Shown here: piece after piece, positions 48,681-62,094 of the stretch | How the letters are laid out: every line of letters starts with the position of its first letter | Numbering within the stretch: position 1 is the first letter of the stretch | Source of the DNA: Antechinus flavipes | Taxonomy: Eukaryota | Assembly (NCBI RefSeq): GCF_016432865.1 | Contig: NC_067400.1 | Location: 555,086,001 to 555,150,000 of the forward strand | Length of the DNA: 64,000 nt | Reading direction: 5' to 3' | Program-made: the position numbers and the translations under genes | The notes under the pieces: model-generated | Databases searched by the model: none | What the model saw: only the letters and a program-made list of their open reading frames with translations | What the model was told of the DNA's origin: nothing

Positions 48681-49620
48681 TCCTTAAGACTGAATGACTA
48701 AACAACAACAAAATAACTCCCAAGATATATGACCTAAGAACATATATTTGTCATTTTCTTACTCAGTCATCAATAGGACAGGAGAATACAGAATTTAGGG
48801 AATGGTTATGTCAATAGTAAGCAATTTGTCTGGCCTAAATAATTAAATCATCTGAGTTGATCTAAGCTTTTTTCCATAGTAAAAAAAATTTTGAACCTGG
48901 GAATTCTTGAAATTCCAATATGTACAAACTATGATACGATGTATTTGTGATATAACTTTAATAAGAAGGTAGAATAGTTGTTTCACAGAGAAACTCCCAA
49001 AGAGAAGGTGATCTAAAGTACAGATAATTAGATGTTAGTAGAAAAAAAGCTTCTAGTTTTGAGGTTACAAGAATGGTTTGACTTACTGATATCACTTAAT
49101 TTCAGTTTTTTTTTTCTCAACATAGGTGCTAGTGATGGTGGGTAGACTAATCTTGGCATTAATTAATTAATCTAGACTTAAATCAATAGGTCATTTAGAA
49201 GGAATCTAGGTTCTTGACCAGAATCATCTATATTATAATACTCATAAAAATGAATCAGTAATTCTTTAGAATTTAGGTGTAATATTATGGGCATGTCAAA
49301 CTAAATTTCTCTATCAGTTTGCTTGGATTCAAAAGTAAAAGCTAGTTTTGATACAGGTTTTAGTCTCCTCAAAACCATGTTTTTAAATGTATAAAATAAA
49401 ATTCAAAAGAATATAGTGAAATATGGTTATCACTTACAAAATGTTCTTACACCTCAAGTTAGTAATCCCCAGATTAATGTCCATAAATTTAAAATGGCAT
49501 ATTATCTTCTTTTCTCACATGGCCCTGTCCTGGAACATACAACCTATTTGGATTTTCCCTTAACTGAGTGGTCTCCCACTCCAAATTTAACCAGAATATT
49601 CCTTCTTCACAACTCTCATA

Positions 49621-49965
49621 CCTATTTGATGCAAGCATTAGAAAGAGGGTGATGATAAGTTGATATCCAGAACAAAAAGCCAGATCTTCAGTTTTCAGTT
49701 AGTTTCGTCAATGTTATTGTTATCCCCATGCAACTTCTTTCCCAAGAAACTTGAATCTCTTAATCCAGAGAAAACTGAGAAAAAACTTCCCACTTAAGAA
49801 AGAGAAGAGATAATCACATAGATCTCAGAACTCATTAGGGAGTCCTAAAATATGAGACTTTATAATGATCATAGGTATATCCCCTGAGGAGTCCCTCCCT
49901 AACATGAGTATTCCCTTGGTCCCCACATAACATTTACATCTGGAGTGTCTCCAGGGATTCAGTAA
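49621..49965 (-). promoter_or_regulatory. Candidate OR51G1-B promoter and non-coding first exon
   Basis: TCCCCTGAGG and TCTCCAGGGA O/E-like sites, TAATGA homeodomain sites (about 49833 and about 49863), and donor AG/GTATGA with GT at 49621-49620, aligned with the unit A donor. Confidence 0.45.
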
Positions 49966-52900
49966 AATGAACAACAGATGTGTTTGAATTCTAATTCTCT
50001 TCCCATGAGTGCCTGTAAAGAATATGGCTCTTCCTTAACTATCACTCTCAACTCCTGTGTTTTGTTCTATTTTCATTTATTCGGTTAAATATTTTCCAAT
50101 TACATTTTAATTTGCTTCTAGCTGCACTGGTGGGCAGTGTCTTTGACATCTCTACTTTGGATAACTCTTTAAGATTCAATTGTAGAGAAGATAGCAACCT
50201 ACATTGATAGAATATCTTTACCCACAAGTTCCCTCTTTGAATGGTACAGATTCAGTTGTACAATCAAGTCACTTAACCAAAAGGATAACTCACTTAACCT
50301 TTGTGGTTCTCAGTTTCTTCATCTGTAAAATGAAAGGGTAGAATTTGATCATTTTCAAAACTCTTCTTGGTTTTAAATACAGATAATAAGAAATGCAAGT
50401 TCTAAATTTTACTCTACCTCTTACTTTCTAAGAAGCCTCAGGAATTATTTAACTCTCTGGATTTTCAACTCCCTCATTTATAAGTTCAGAAGGATGGAAA
50501 TAAGGATGTCCATGGTTCATGGTTTTTCATGTATCAATGTGATTCAGAAAGGGTCTAATCAGATATGGGACCCTGTATCATAGACAATAAGATTAAAAAA
50601 TAAATATTCACACTAAAATATAATGGTTGGTTATTTATTATTATTAAAGCTGGCTCCAGCATATGCCAAGAAAAATGGGATAAACTATAGAAAATGAATG
50701 AGAAAACTTTTTATTTCTTTTTTCAGAAAACTTGTTAAAATTACTAAAACATTGCTATTTCCACCAAAATCCATGTTCTCAGTTAATTTTGAAAATGACC
50801 TTAATAGATCTTGTATCTTGGCCCAAAGTCAGAGGAAAAGAAAATTAGCTAGAAGCCTGTCACACAGTCCCAAAATATAGGTCATAAAGAATCTGTGAAC
50901 TACTTCCTAACTTTATTTCCATTTAGGTAATTATTTTTGAGTACCTGTGCCTTTTAAATAAAACCCAATATACTTAAAAACAACTAGAGGAAACACTACT
51001 AGTCTTAAATATAATAAGTATTTTTTAGTAGTGGAGTGAAAAATAGAGAGAGATACTACTTATCAAGGCTGAAGTCTGCTGGTGAAAGTCTTTATTAACC
51101 TATATTCCCACTAGTGGGGCTAAACATAGGAAGGGTAGAAGTGCACAGAATTATTCCCCCTAAAAAAGATATTTAAGAATTTTTTTTTTCAAAAAGTCTT
51201 ATGCATCTTTCCTGCTAGCATTGAAAGTAAATGAAGGGAAAGGGATTAGAACTTTGAACCAAAGTCCAGGGGTTAACTACTTCAAAAGCAATGGTTTAAT
51301 TATGGAAACTTTTTTTAAAGTGTTTGCCCAGTATGGTGTTTTATTTTAGATATTACTCCATTGACTCCATAGGACTTGTTTGTGCCCGTTTTTAGTTTGT
51401 GGCCAGACATGCTGCTGTTCATGCATATTTTCAGCTCAAATAGTTAAATACATCGTTGTATATTTGTTGAACTGTTAATTAATTAAATATTTTGTACTAT
51501 TAATATTTACCTAATACTATGAGAATGGATTTTGATACTGGAAAATGTTGTTCAGGCTTTTAGTATTTTTTAAATGACATAGTTCTTGATTTCAAGAAAT
51601 TTTGTTGGTATTGGTGGAGAATATCCACCTTACACAGTCAAACAGATTACAAGATAGAGTGTTTGGGAGAGAAAAGAGAGATTCAGAAAATGCTATCTAT
51701 TTTAAGAAATTTGGAGAAAAGAAAAATTAATTCTAGCTAAAAGGATATAGGAAAGATTAAGAGATTACATAAAATCTGAATAAATGATGAAAAACAGAAA
51801 GAGATTTAAATTTAAGTCAAATCTACTGGCATATCGGGAGTTCCATTTCTATTACTATTATATGAATTTGGGATTTCCTTCTCTTCCTTCTATCACATTT
51901 TATTTTCTCTCTTCTAGTTGATGCCTTGATTTCCCTACTACTCACAGTCAGTGTCCACTTCTGAGAGTCTAACCTTATCCAGAGTGACACAATGACTGTC
52001 TAGGATTATTGTGTCAGAATCAACCATTTCCAAGCACAGATAAAAGCTAGCTCCTTAAATTACATATTTTCTATGAGAAAATATAGCTCAGTTCAAAAAA
52101 AAAAATAATTGTTATGTGAATGTGTTTCGAATCATTAGATCATAGATATCTAAGTGAAAGGAACTTATATAATCATTTAGTCCAAACCATTCTTTTATAG
52201 AAGAGGAAACGAAGGCCCAGAAATCTTACATGATATGCCTAGAATGACACAATTAAGAAGTATTTGAGGTGAAATTTGAACTCAGTTTTTCTGATTTCAG
52301 AATCAAAACTTTATTTACTGTACCACATTTCTAATTTTTTTTTGAAAGTAAAACCCTATCATTAACATCTATATATGTTATGTGAGTGGTAATAAGTATA
52401 TCAATAGATGTTAGGTGAATTTCTAGATAGATAGATGGATAATTAAATAAATTATTAGAATTGGAAATAGATAAATAGTAAATTAAGAATGCCTAAATAA
52501 TAACATCTTATGGAAATTCATAGGAATTATCACTTCATACAAGGGTGATCAGAAAAGAGATAATGACAATTGGGTCTAAAGGAATGGAGAGGTGAAGCCA
52601 TTTTTAAAAATAATCATTTTTGAAAGATTGTATGGCAAAAGCTGAGATTTTCAGGTCTCTTAAAATAATGAATAACAGCTATCTTGACTGGTAGATAAGA
52701 TAGATGCTATCATCCCAGAGAGTCTTTGATGCCTTAAGTTAGAGTAGAACAAAGAATGGAATATTGAAATAACAGAGGATGTTTTGTCATGATCTTTGGT
52801 GAATTAAAGAGAACAAGAGATATACTAGAGAGCTCTGAAGATTAATAATGTTATAATTTTCTAGAAGAAATCAAGAGGAAGGAGGTAGAATCCCTAAGAC

Positions 52901-53216
52901 AGAAAAAAAAAGGAAATAAAGAGGTTTTTAAATACAGTGCTTAAACTCATTCTAAGAAGGATTATATCTAATCTTAACATTTGAAAAGGCACTTTGCCCT
53001 AAAGCTTTCCTGGGAAGAGGTCTACATCTCAATCATCCTTATGTTTCATCTACACTAATTTTCTTGACTCATCTTCCTTCTCCTATTTTTTTTCTTCAGT
53101 GGATAAGGATTCCTAATGAGCTTTTACAACTGAGAAACTTTTAAACATTCTCTTTGACTTTTTGTTTTCTAATATAAATTGTTTTCCTACCCCTTCTTTT
53201 TATTCCCTCCCTTTAT

Positions 53217-54158
53217 TCATCTTTTCTTCAGACCCATCTTCTCCAGCATCTTCTCTCGGATCTGCTTGGTCTTCACACAATACACAATGGGGTTCATGAG
53301 AGGGGGCACCAGTAGGAAAACATCGGCCATGAGAATGTGGATCAGAGGAGAAACATGTCGGGCAAAGCGGTGGAGCATTGCTGCACTCAGCATAGGCACA
53401 TAGAAGATAAGAACAGCACAGATGTGTGAGATGCAAGTATTGAGAGCCTTGAACTGTTCTTTGGGGGCTGCAATGCCCAGCACTGTTTTAAGGATCATAA
53501 TGTAGGAGAAAGTGATAAAGATCAAGTCCAGCATAGTGGAAAGAGCAGCACACAGACCATAGATGATGTTTACTCTGTTGTTGGAGCAAGCCAGCTTCAT
53601 GACATCCTGGTGGAGACAGTAAGAGTGAGAGAGGTGAGTCTTCTGACAGTATTTTAACCTTCTCAAAAGGAAAGGCAGTGGGAGTATCAAGAAAATGTTC
53701 TTAGAAAATAGCACAAGTCCTATCTTGGCTACCCGTGAACTGGTCAATATGGTGCTGTATCTCAGAGGGTTGCGGATGGCCACGTAGCGATCAAAAGCCA
53801 TGATAGAAAGCACTGATGCCTCCGTGACTGTAAACAGGTGGATAAAGAATTCTTGGGTGAAGCACGCGGTGGCATGAATCTCTTGGACATCAAAAAGCAG
53901 TATTCCCATTGTAGTGGGTAAGGAAGAGAGAGATAGACCCAAGTCTGAGACAGACAGCATGGAGAGGAAATAGTACATGGGCTCATGAAGACTGGCTTCA
54001 GTCTTGATGAAGAAGAGAATGGTGCAATTGCCCAGAATAGCAACAATATACACAGAGGAAAATGGGATAGAGATCCAGATATGAATATGCTCTAGTCCCG
54101 GAATCCCAATCAGGAGGAAGAACAGATCATCATAATTTGTAACATTTAGACTGGACAT
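53217..54158 (-). CDS. Class I olfactory receptor, OR51A subfamily (OR51A4/OR51A2-like by position and sequence; 313 aa, intact)
   Basis: Motifs LHEPMYYFLSML, MAFDRYVAIRNPLRY, SHSYCLHQDVMKLAC, EQFKALNTC, HRFARHVSPLI and PPLMNPIVYCVKTKQIR. Exact orthology is uncertain. Confidence 0.9.
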   Translation of the reverse strand: MSSLNVTNYDDLFFLLIGIPGLEHIHIWISIPFSSVYIVAILGNCTILFFIKTEASLHEPMYYFLSMLSVSDLGLSLSSLPTTMGILLFDVQEIHATACFTQEFFIHLFTVTEASVLSIMAFDRYVAIRNPLRYSTILTSSRVAKIGLVLFSKNIFLILPLPFLLRRLKYCQKTHLSHSYCLHQDVMKLACSNNRVNIIYGLCAALSTMLDLIFITFSYIMILKTVLGIAAPKEQFKALNTCISHICAVLIFYVPMLSAAMLHRFARHVSPLIHILMADVFLLVPPLMNPIVYCVKTKQIREKMLEKMGLKKR

Positions 54159-55234
54159 GATAAATACAAGAGGGATAGACTTCTGTCTGAGGAAGTTCCC
54201 AAAATGAAGCTAAGGCGATTTATAGAAGGTCTACTATGTTACAGGGATGGAAGAAACTTCTTGAAGTCTTTTAATCCTTTTCTTCACATTTGAAATTAAC
54301 TAAATGGTGAATAAAAACAGAAATTAAAAAAAAAAAACAGCAAATAAGGAAATTGAAGGGAATCCCTTTTCTTCTCTCAAATACCTAATCTATCTTTTGA
54401 TAAATGTCAAACAACAAAGGATCATATATTAAGAGCTGGTATGTATTGTAGAAACCATTTAGAATAATCTTTCATTTTACAGATAAGGAAATTGAGGCCT
54501 GTGGAAGTTAATTGACTTGCCCAAGGTCACATGCAGAATTCAAAACCACTCTTTCACTAGGAGAGTCAGCATACTTTCTACAGCAAAAAACAAACAACTC
54601 CCCCCAACAAACAAAAAACAACTTGCCTCAAAAATTAAGATATTTGTTGAAAAATTTGGACAGCAACCTCCTGCTTAAAGATTTCCAAAGATGACTTAAA
54701 ATAACCGGGCAAGGGTAAAATTCTGGTGATAGGTTTGCTAACTTTTAACCTTGCTGAATACCTCAATAATTGGTGCATTCCACTTTGATCACTTACTACC
54801 AAGGTAACTCTGGGTGAGTCACTTTGAGAAATATTATTTTCATCTGTAAAATAGGAATACTACCATCCATTTAATAAGAGTTTTGTCAGGAAAAAAAATG
54901 AATTGATATATGCAAAGAGTTTTGAAAACCTGAAATTACATACAAATGTGAGTTACTATTATAAATATATCTATATCAATCTTGGCTCTCTGTTTTTGAA
55001 GAAAAACAATAGATTTTTTTTTAAATTAGGAGTTTCAGAGGATGTTTAACCAAATGATTCGAATTCAACAAAGATATAGTAAAAGTTACATTGTACAGAA
55101 AGTTTTGCTTGAGAAATAAAGACTTAAAGGAAAAAAAAATATATAGTTTAAAAATATTTGAAGAATGATCATATGGAAAGGGAAAATACATAATCTTTGT
55201 GTGTTCATGAGAGTGTAGAGTTAAGGTCAATGAG

Positions 55235-55420
55235 TGAAAATTAAAGGGAGAGATTCAAAGGATATGATTTCTTAAAAGGTAAAGCTGACTCCGTGAGGAA
55301 TAAATTCCCTGTGACATTCCTGCCTCTAGAAATGTTAGAACACAGGATGGCAGACCTCTTGTTAGTCATTTTGTAAAAGAAATTTATGTTTTAAGTGAAG
55401 CTAGATAGAATAATATTGCT
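55235..55420 (+). mobile_element. L3/CR1-type (or MIR3) 3' end fragment
   Basis: ttcctgcctctagaaatgttagaacacaggatggcagacctcttgttagtcattttgta resembles the CR1 tail. Confidence 0.45.
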
Positions 55421-56254
55421 GGTGGCAAAATTTTGGCACTTAAAGTAATATCTAAAAATAATTAATCAGGTATTTCAAATTATGCACAAGAAAGTTGAAA
55501 CCTTTCATAAATCAACTATCCTTTCATTACATGTGCAAATCCTAAAATATTTTTGAGAATTTAGCAAATAAAATTTACTTGAACCAGGACACCATTTCAG
55601 ATAAAACTGCTGTCCTTAATTACATAGACATAATATCAAACTATAAAAAAGTCAAGAACAATGTTTGAAATAGATGTTGTAATACCAGTTGCTCAAAATA
55701 GCAAACCCCAATACAATAAGCTTCCAAATTAGAGATAGAGATAGATTTAAAAGAAAAATTCAAAGTCATGTGGGAAGAGGATGAGATATGAACCATTTCC
55801 CACTTCTCGTCAGCCACTAGAAGTGTTCTGAAGAAACTTTCTATGGCCTTACAGCAAATTGACTTACATCCCCCAAATTTTATTTGATAACAAAAGGCAT
55901 TTATTTCATTCTCCTGAACAATGGTTCAGAAAACAGTAAAGGTTAAAAAATCAAAAGAAACCCAACAACGTAGGAAATTTTTTTAGTTGTCTCAGGATCA
56001 TATCCAAAGAGAAGAGGAAAATGTTAATGATATTTTATAGCATTAAAAAAAAAAATGTTTCACATAGATGATTTTATTGGCTCCTCTCAATAACCATGAA
56101 ATACAGGTACTATTATTTTCCTGATTTTGTGGATGAGAAAATTGAAATCCAGAAAGATGATTTCTCAGTTAGCTTCAACTCCTGTAACTGCTGCTCCAAT
56201 TACAAATGATTCTCCAAGCTCTTGTGATTGCTGTGAAGAAAAGGTAACTAACTA

Positions 56255-56520
56255 TAGAATCATAGACTTAAGAGCGTCAAGGATCTTTTGAAGTAAAGCA
56301 ATCAGACCAACTTTTGACCCAATTCAGAATTTCATCTACATTATTTCTGACTTGTAGTAATACAGGCGCTGTTGGTACCTCTATTGAAGAGAAATACAGA
56401 GCTTCACTAACAGTCTATTCTATTTTGAAATCTGGTATTTTGAAATTTTCTAAATCTGGTAAGGAAATTCTGTTATAGCCAAAAGTTACCTCCCAATGAC
56501 TTCTACCCTTCAACTTCTAT
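56255..56520 (-). mobile_element. L3/MIR3-like fragment, antisense
   Basis: tagaatcatagacttaagag...atctacattatttctgacttg...ctcccaatgacttctaccc. Confidence 0.45.
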
Positions 56521-56994
56521 TTTCTTGAACAGGACAAAAAAATCTACTTCCTTTCCTGGATCATATATCCCACCCAAAATTTACCTTTTGCAAGTTCAAC
56601 ATCCCCTTGTAATTAACAGAATTAGACATAACATTCTCATATTACATTCTTCCAGTACAGAAAACCAAATTAATACTCCCCCTCTGATGGGTGCTATATT
56701 TGCATTAATGCAACCTTTGTTCTTTTTGTTGTTGTTATTGTTCAAGGAAAAATGACTGCAGTTTATCTTTAAGACTAAAAAGGTGTCACTCTGTGATTCA
56801 GTGATCATATAAACTATACTATAAAGATCATTATACTATTGACTCATAAAATTTGTGACTAATTAGTCATTCAATCAAAAGGCATTTTTTTTAGTATTAT
56901 GCTATACTAAAATATTGTCAACCTTCTGCATGAAAGCCAAACAAAATTTCAGCGCATTTCCTTCCTTACATGAAAAACAACAGCATGAAGTAGA

Positions 56995-57260
56995 ATGAAG
57001 GAAAGGAAAGGAACAAGAATTGATTAAGTATCTATTTTATGCCAGTCACTTAATACTTTACAAATATTATCCCACTGGATTTTCACTACAATTCTAGAAC
57101 ATAGGTGTTATGTAAATTTTACAATTAAGGAAACTGAGGCAGAAGGAGGTTAAATTATTTTCCCATGGTCACATAGCCAGTAAGTATCTGAGTCTAGATT
57201 TCTACTAAGGTTTTTCTGAATTCACATCCATCATTCTATTCATTGTGCTATTTAGGTGCT
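56995..57260 (-). mobile_element. MIR/Ther-like SINE
   Basis: ttaagtatctattttatgccag...aaggaaactgaggcag...atggtcacatagccagtaagtatctgag. Confidence 0.65.
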
Positions 57261-60200
57261 TCTTATAGTGATTAAGTAATTTCCTCAACCTGTCTCCACT
57301 TTTATAATGTAGATGAAATACTTGTATATAATTTATAGAGTTGTTACGAGGAAAACACTGAAAATTTGAAAAACTCACACAAATGTGTTATTGATTTAAT
57401 AAACTGGAAAAAAATTGATTTCCTATATTTGGTTGTTTGCACCTATATGTATATGCATACACACATATATAAATATATATGTTTATATAGGTATACATAT
57501 GCAATTACACATTTGCATATTGATCGATTCCAAATTCAATACATTTTTTAAAAAGACAGTTTGTTAAAATTACTTCTTGCTTGTATCTGCTTTATTTTGA
57601 TTTCCTCTCAAGTGGAAAAAGAATTGACCTATGCCTGTACTGATTTAGGAAACTTCCAACTATGATCATCACTTTCTCTGAAATTTATTTTTATTGTATA
57701 CATGTATGCACATGTAAGAAAAGGTATAAGTTTTTCTGAAGCATTTACTATGTAAATAGCATTCTAACTGAGCACTTTATTACCTTATTTGATTTCTTCA
57801 ATAATTCTCTCAGGTTGGTGCTATTATTACCCCCATTTAACAGATGAGGTTAAATGATTCACCCTGGAATCACCTAGATAGAAAGCTCATCATCAGTAGT
57901 TTTGATGTAAATTGGCTTGTAGCTATGAAGTGTTATAGAAATGGCAACTATTTTAATTTTATAACAGAAAATCAAAGCTTTTAGAATGTGCAAGTTTTCA
58001 TCAAATTATATGCATATCATTTCTAAAGCAGGATTGGAAAACTTACCTTAACTGGCTGACAGTTTAATGATAACCCAGTAGCACTCTATACTTTTGAAGG
58101 ATTTTTGTTCTTTCCTTTAGAGAATGTAATAACTTCAACAAGGAATTATTGTGGAGACTTGGATGTGGAATAAAAGCTTGAGCATCAAGGATCTTGGAGA
58201 ATGGAAGGAAGGACAAATATGAATAGTAGACAATAAGGGATACTAGATGGGAGTCAGAAGAGAAGTGATATAAATGCAGTTTGATTTCTTTATTACCCAT
58301 TCTCTCAGTCTCTCTTAGATGAGTTTCCTACCTTTTCCAGGAAAGAAATAAGAAAACCTTTATTATTCAAATCTTGGTCCTTCTCTGGCCTTTCTCACCC
58401 AAATTCAGCTTAGAACTCCCATTCTGGGAATAGCAAAATGGTTTTCCAGACAAAATCAACAGAAAGATCCTGATAAGGAGTGTCATAATAATACCATCAA
58501 CAATTCCTACTTCTATATAATATTTCGTGGTGATTCAGTTTTCTTACACCATTATGAGGCAGATATTGTAAATATCATGTCTCTGTTCAAGAGAAAAGGG
58601 AAAATGAGGCTCATTGAGTTAAATGGCCTTAAAATTAAAAAGTGTCAGACAAGATATGAATCCAGGTCTCTAGACCACACATTCCATGACCTGATATATT
58701 TCTTTAATTTTAGTTTGTTCCCTTTGTCAAGGTCTGAGAGAAAAGATCTGAAGAAGGAACAAAAAGCATTGACTATTTAGAATTAAGTCCCATCTCTGTC
58801 CTTTTCCCTCAAAGCTATATTCCCTTTTGCCTACTGAATACAATACCTCAATCATTTTACTTCATTCATTTCTCCATTTCTACAAGTAAATTATACTTGC
58901 TCAAGCTACTAAGAAGTCAACAGGTTCCAGAAGATTTGGAAATGCAGAAGTTTTATGCTGTGAGAAGTCAGTGTAACCATCCTTACTTACAACCAGTACT
59001 GCCTGTCAGACCTCTGGTCGATTCTCTATCTTTCTCTAATGCTGATGAGTCCATAATTGTTCCTTAGCTTTCATGATTTCACTAAGGATGTAAATCCATA
59101 GTATATGACTTTATGAATTTTCTAGCTACACCTTAACTCATTTGGTCTGAGTTTCAAGATCCCCAGATAGCACACAGTTACTTACAAACATGGGGTGAGT
59201 AGTAGCATGGGATAAAGTTAGTCCAAAGACTTTTCCAGTGTTTGTTCTGCTTCCTGCCACTTTTATGATGAGGCACATGTTTATTCTGGAGTCAAGCCTC
59301 GGGCTACAAGTTCCTCAGGGAATAAAAGTGGCCCAGTTCTATTACTTAAGTAAACATTATATGGAAGTGATAAACTCATCCCATAGGAGTAGGAAGCACT
59401 GAGTCAAGGTAGAAAGAATACTTTAAAGAAGCTGAATTCTGAATATTTTTTTTAAAAAAACAATTGAAATTTTATAGATAATGAAACATATTTTCTTCTT
59501 CTTAACATAGCAATGGGCAATCACAAGGAAAGATTGGTGTGTACAATTTCAGTTTCAATGACTGCATTAGGTTTTTTCATTTTTCTTAATTGATTTATAG
59601 AAAAATTTGGAGGGGATGAAAGGAATAGAAAAGCTGCCTCCATATAAAAAAATTATAACAGAAAGATAAAAAGTATCAATAATGAGTATTTTAAAATTAT
59701 GAACCATTATGTATAATTTTCCAAGTCATCAATGCATTTATAAGAATACCTAGAAGTATTTTCAGCAAATTAATATATTCAGTTTATTATATTTCATCTT
59801 TATCTAATATCCGATCCTTGGTGCCATCAGTCTTCAATAAAATGAGTCATTACAGAAATTATGGAAAAACTACTTTAGAGAAAGGGAGGCAGTATGACAG
59901 TCTATAGAGAGCTTGCCCTGGAATCAGAAAAAGTTGGATTCAAAGTTCTTTCTCTGATACTGCTTGTTGGATAATGGATAGGTTCCTTTACCTATGAGTG
60001 CCCTAGACTCTAAAAGTAAAATTGTAGATAAGGCAATTCATGATCTGCATTGGAGAGATCTGCATTTCTTATATCAGTGAAGTTACAGGCTTAGTGACTT
60101 TGTCCAGCTAGTAGGTGTCTGAGACTATATTTGAACTCAGGTATTATGGAAGGTGCCTTTCCTAATGGGTCACTAAGATTCAGCAGTATGTAAAACAATA

Positions 60201-60582
60201 GACCATGATGTAGTGGAAGAGTCAGTAAGACCTGAATTCAAATTCAACCCTGGACACCTGCTAGTTATGTAATTGGCAAGTTACAATACATTCAAGGTAT
60301 TGTGCTAAGTCCAGCTTACAGTTAATACAGAAAAGGAAACTGATAAAAGTGGTGGTAAAGGGGATATGATGTTCCCTGAAGTTCTAAGCAGAACTGCCGG
60401 TGCAAAATATTTTGCAAAGTTATGATCTGAGCACTTTATAAAAGAAATACTTTGGGAGGAGTTTAGTGCTCTACCCAAGGGCCATCTACAGTTGTGTGTT
60501 CCCTCCCCAATATATCTCCCTCACCCTCAGGATAGGATAAGTTTCTTAAAGATGGTTCAAATCTTTAAATATTTATATTACA

Positions 60583-60587
<5 letters not shown>

Positions 60588-60637
<50 letters not shown>

Positions 60638-60643
60638 TGCATG
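60588..60643. repeat. (TG)n(CG)n microsatellite, 56 bp of alternating purine-pyrimidine
   Basis: Directly visible: tgtg...gtgcgcgcgcgcacgtgcatg. Confidence 0.95.
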
Positions 60644-61948
60644 GGCAAGCAAGCTTTATTTATCTCTTTGTTGTGATACCCTGATTGCATCATTGCCTTG
60701 ATTACCATTTTTTAGAAAATTTGGAAGCTACATATTTGCTTTTATTTGAATTGTGAGGTCAAATGAAGCAGGATAAATGAATCAAATGAAAGGTTGCTTG
60801 TTGTTTGCATTTTGAGGAAACATGGTTGCACTTGTAATAGTAGCTTGTTGGTATAGTAAAGCACTATTTAAAGTGGTTCCCATCTATTAAGGATTAGCTC
60901 ATCACGTGATATATGAATGTGATAGAATTTTACTGATCTGTGAGAAATGATCTCTGAAAAATGATGAAACAGTTTTTAGATTTTAAAGAAGATTCATCTT
61001 CTGGAATTGCCAAGACTATGGAGATTCTTCAATGCTTTACAGGATACATCTCATGCAGAAGGGAGACAGTATTTCAAAAAAGCCAGGTATTTTGTTTTTG
61101 TTTTTTTGATCCAAACATAAATCTATGTTGACCCATATATGTTCTATGATAACTGTTCCTAGATGACTATGAGAATATGCACTTTTCTAGATAATCTTAT
61201 GCCTGACAAAAATAAAAATAAAACAACAACCCTGGCTACCTCTTCTGATGTGTATTTTGTTTTCATGGCACAGTTTAGTCAAGAAGCATTTTTGAAGCAC
61301 ATACATACTATATACAGACATTGTACTAAGTTTTTGGAATACAAATTTAAGCAAAAAGAAAGACAATTCCTGCTCTTTAAGAACATACATTCTAACCAGA
61401 AAGACATATATAAAAGGGAAACTTAAAAGAAAGGAAGACTAAGGTTACTATAGACACATGAGAGAGAAGTCTAGAAGGGTGTAGAATGGTGGAAAATAAA
61501 AAGATAAATAACTTTCCTTAAGTGGAAATTTTAAGAGGATCCCTCTACTTTCCGATCAGAAGGAAGGACCCTCATGTGAATTCCAGGGATGAAATGATCT
61601 TCCAAGGTAAAGAGGTTTTTTTTTTGTTGTTGTTGTTGTTTTTAGGGCATAATGGAGAAATTCAGAGGAGTTCAAGTCTATGAAAAATAAAGAAATGCAA
61701 GAATAATGATCATGAGGTGAACTATGGTGAAGTGATGCTATTTAAGGAATTTAGAAGCTCTTAGAGCTATCAATCTAAGCTAAGAGCAGTAAGAGTTTTC
61801 TGCAACTAGCTGTTTTTTGGAAGATGACCTCAAAGAGGAAAGTGAGCTGAGGTCATGGTCTGACTTATTAGAAGATATGGACCTTGAGGATTTTGTTCAG
61901 ATACTCCAAAACTAAGGATTCAGAATTTCTACAAAATGCTCTAATTTA

Positions 61949-62094
61949 GGGGCAGCTAAATTTAGGGGCTCTATTGAGCACTAGCCCTGAAATCAGGAGG
62001 ACCTGAGTTCAAATCTGATCTCAGACACAATTCTTAGTTGTATGATCCTGAGCAAGTCACTTAACCCCAATTATTTCACCAAAAAAAAAAAAAA
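61949..62094 (+). mobile_element. WSINE1-like SINE with a rearranged 5' part
   Basis: ggggcagcta...caggaggacctgagttcaaatctgatctcagacac...gcaagtcacttaaccccaatt plus poly(A). Confidence 0.8.

Larger units (their letters stand above)
40635..52885. repeat. Tandem segmental duplication, OR51G1 unit B
   Basis: See unit A. The junction with unit A is at about 40615-40640. Confidence 0.9.

Noticed and set aside
60401-60416. 16-bp perfect palindrome tgcaaaatattttgca
   Set aside because: A few of this length are expected by chance in 64 kb of AT-rich DNA.
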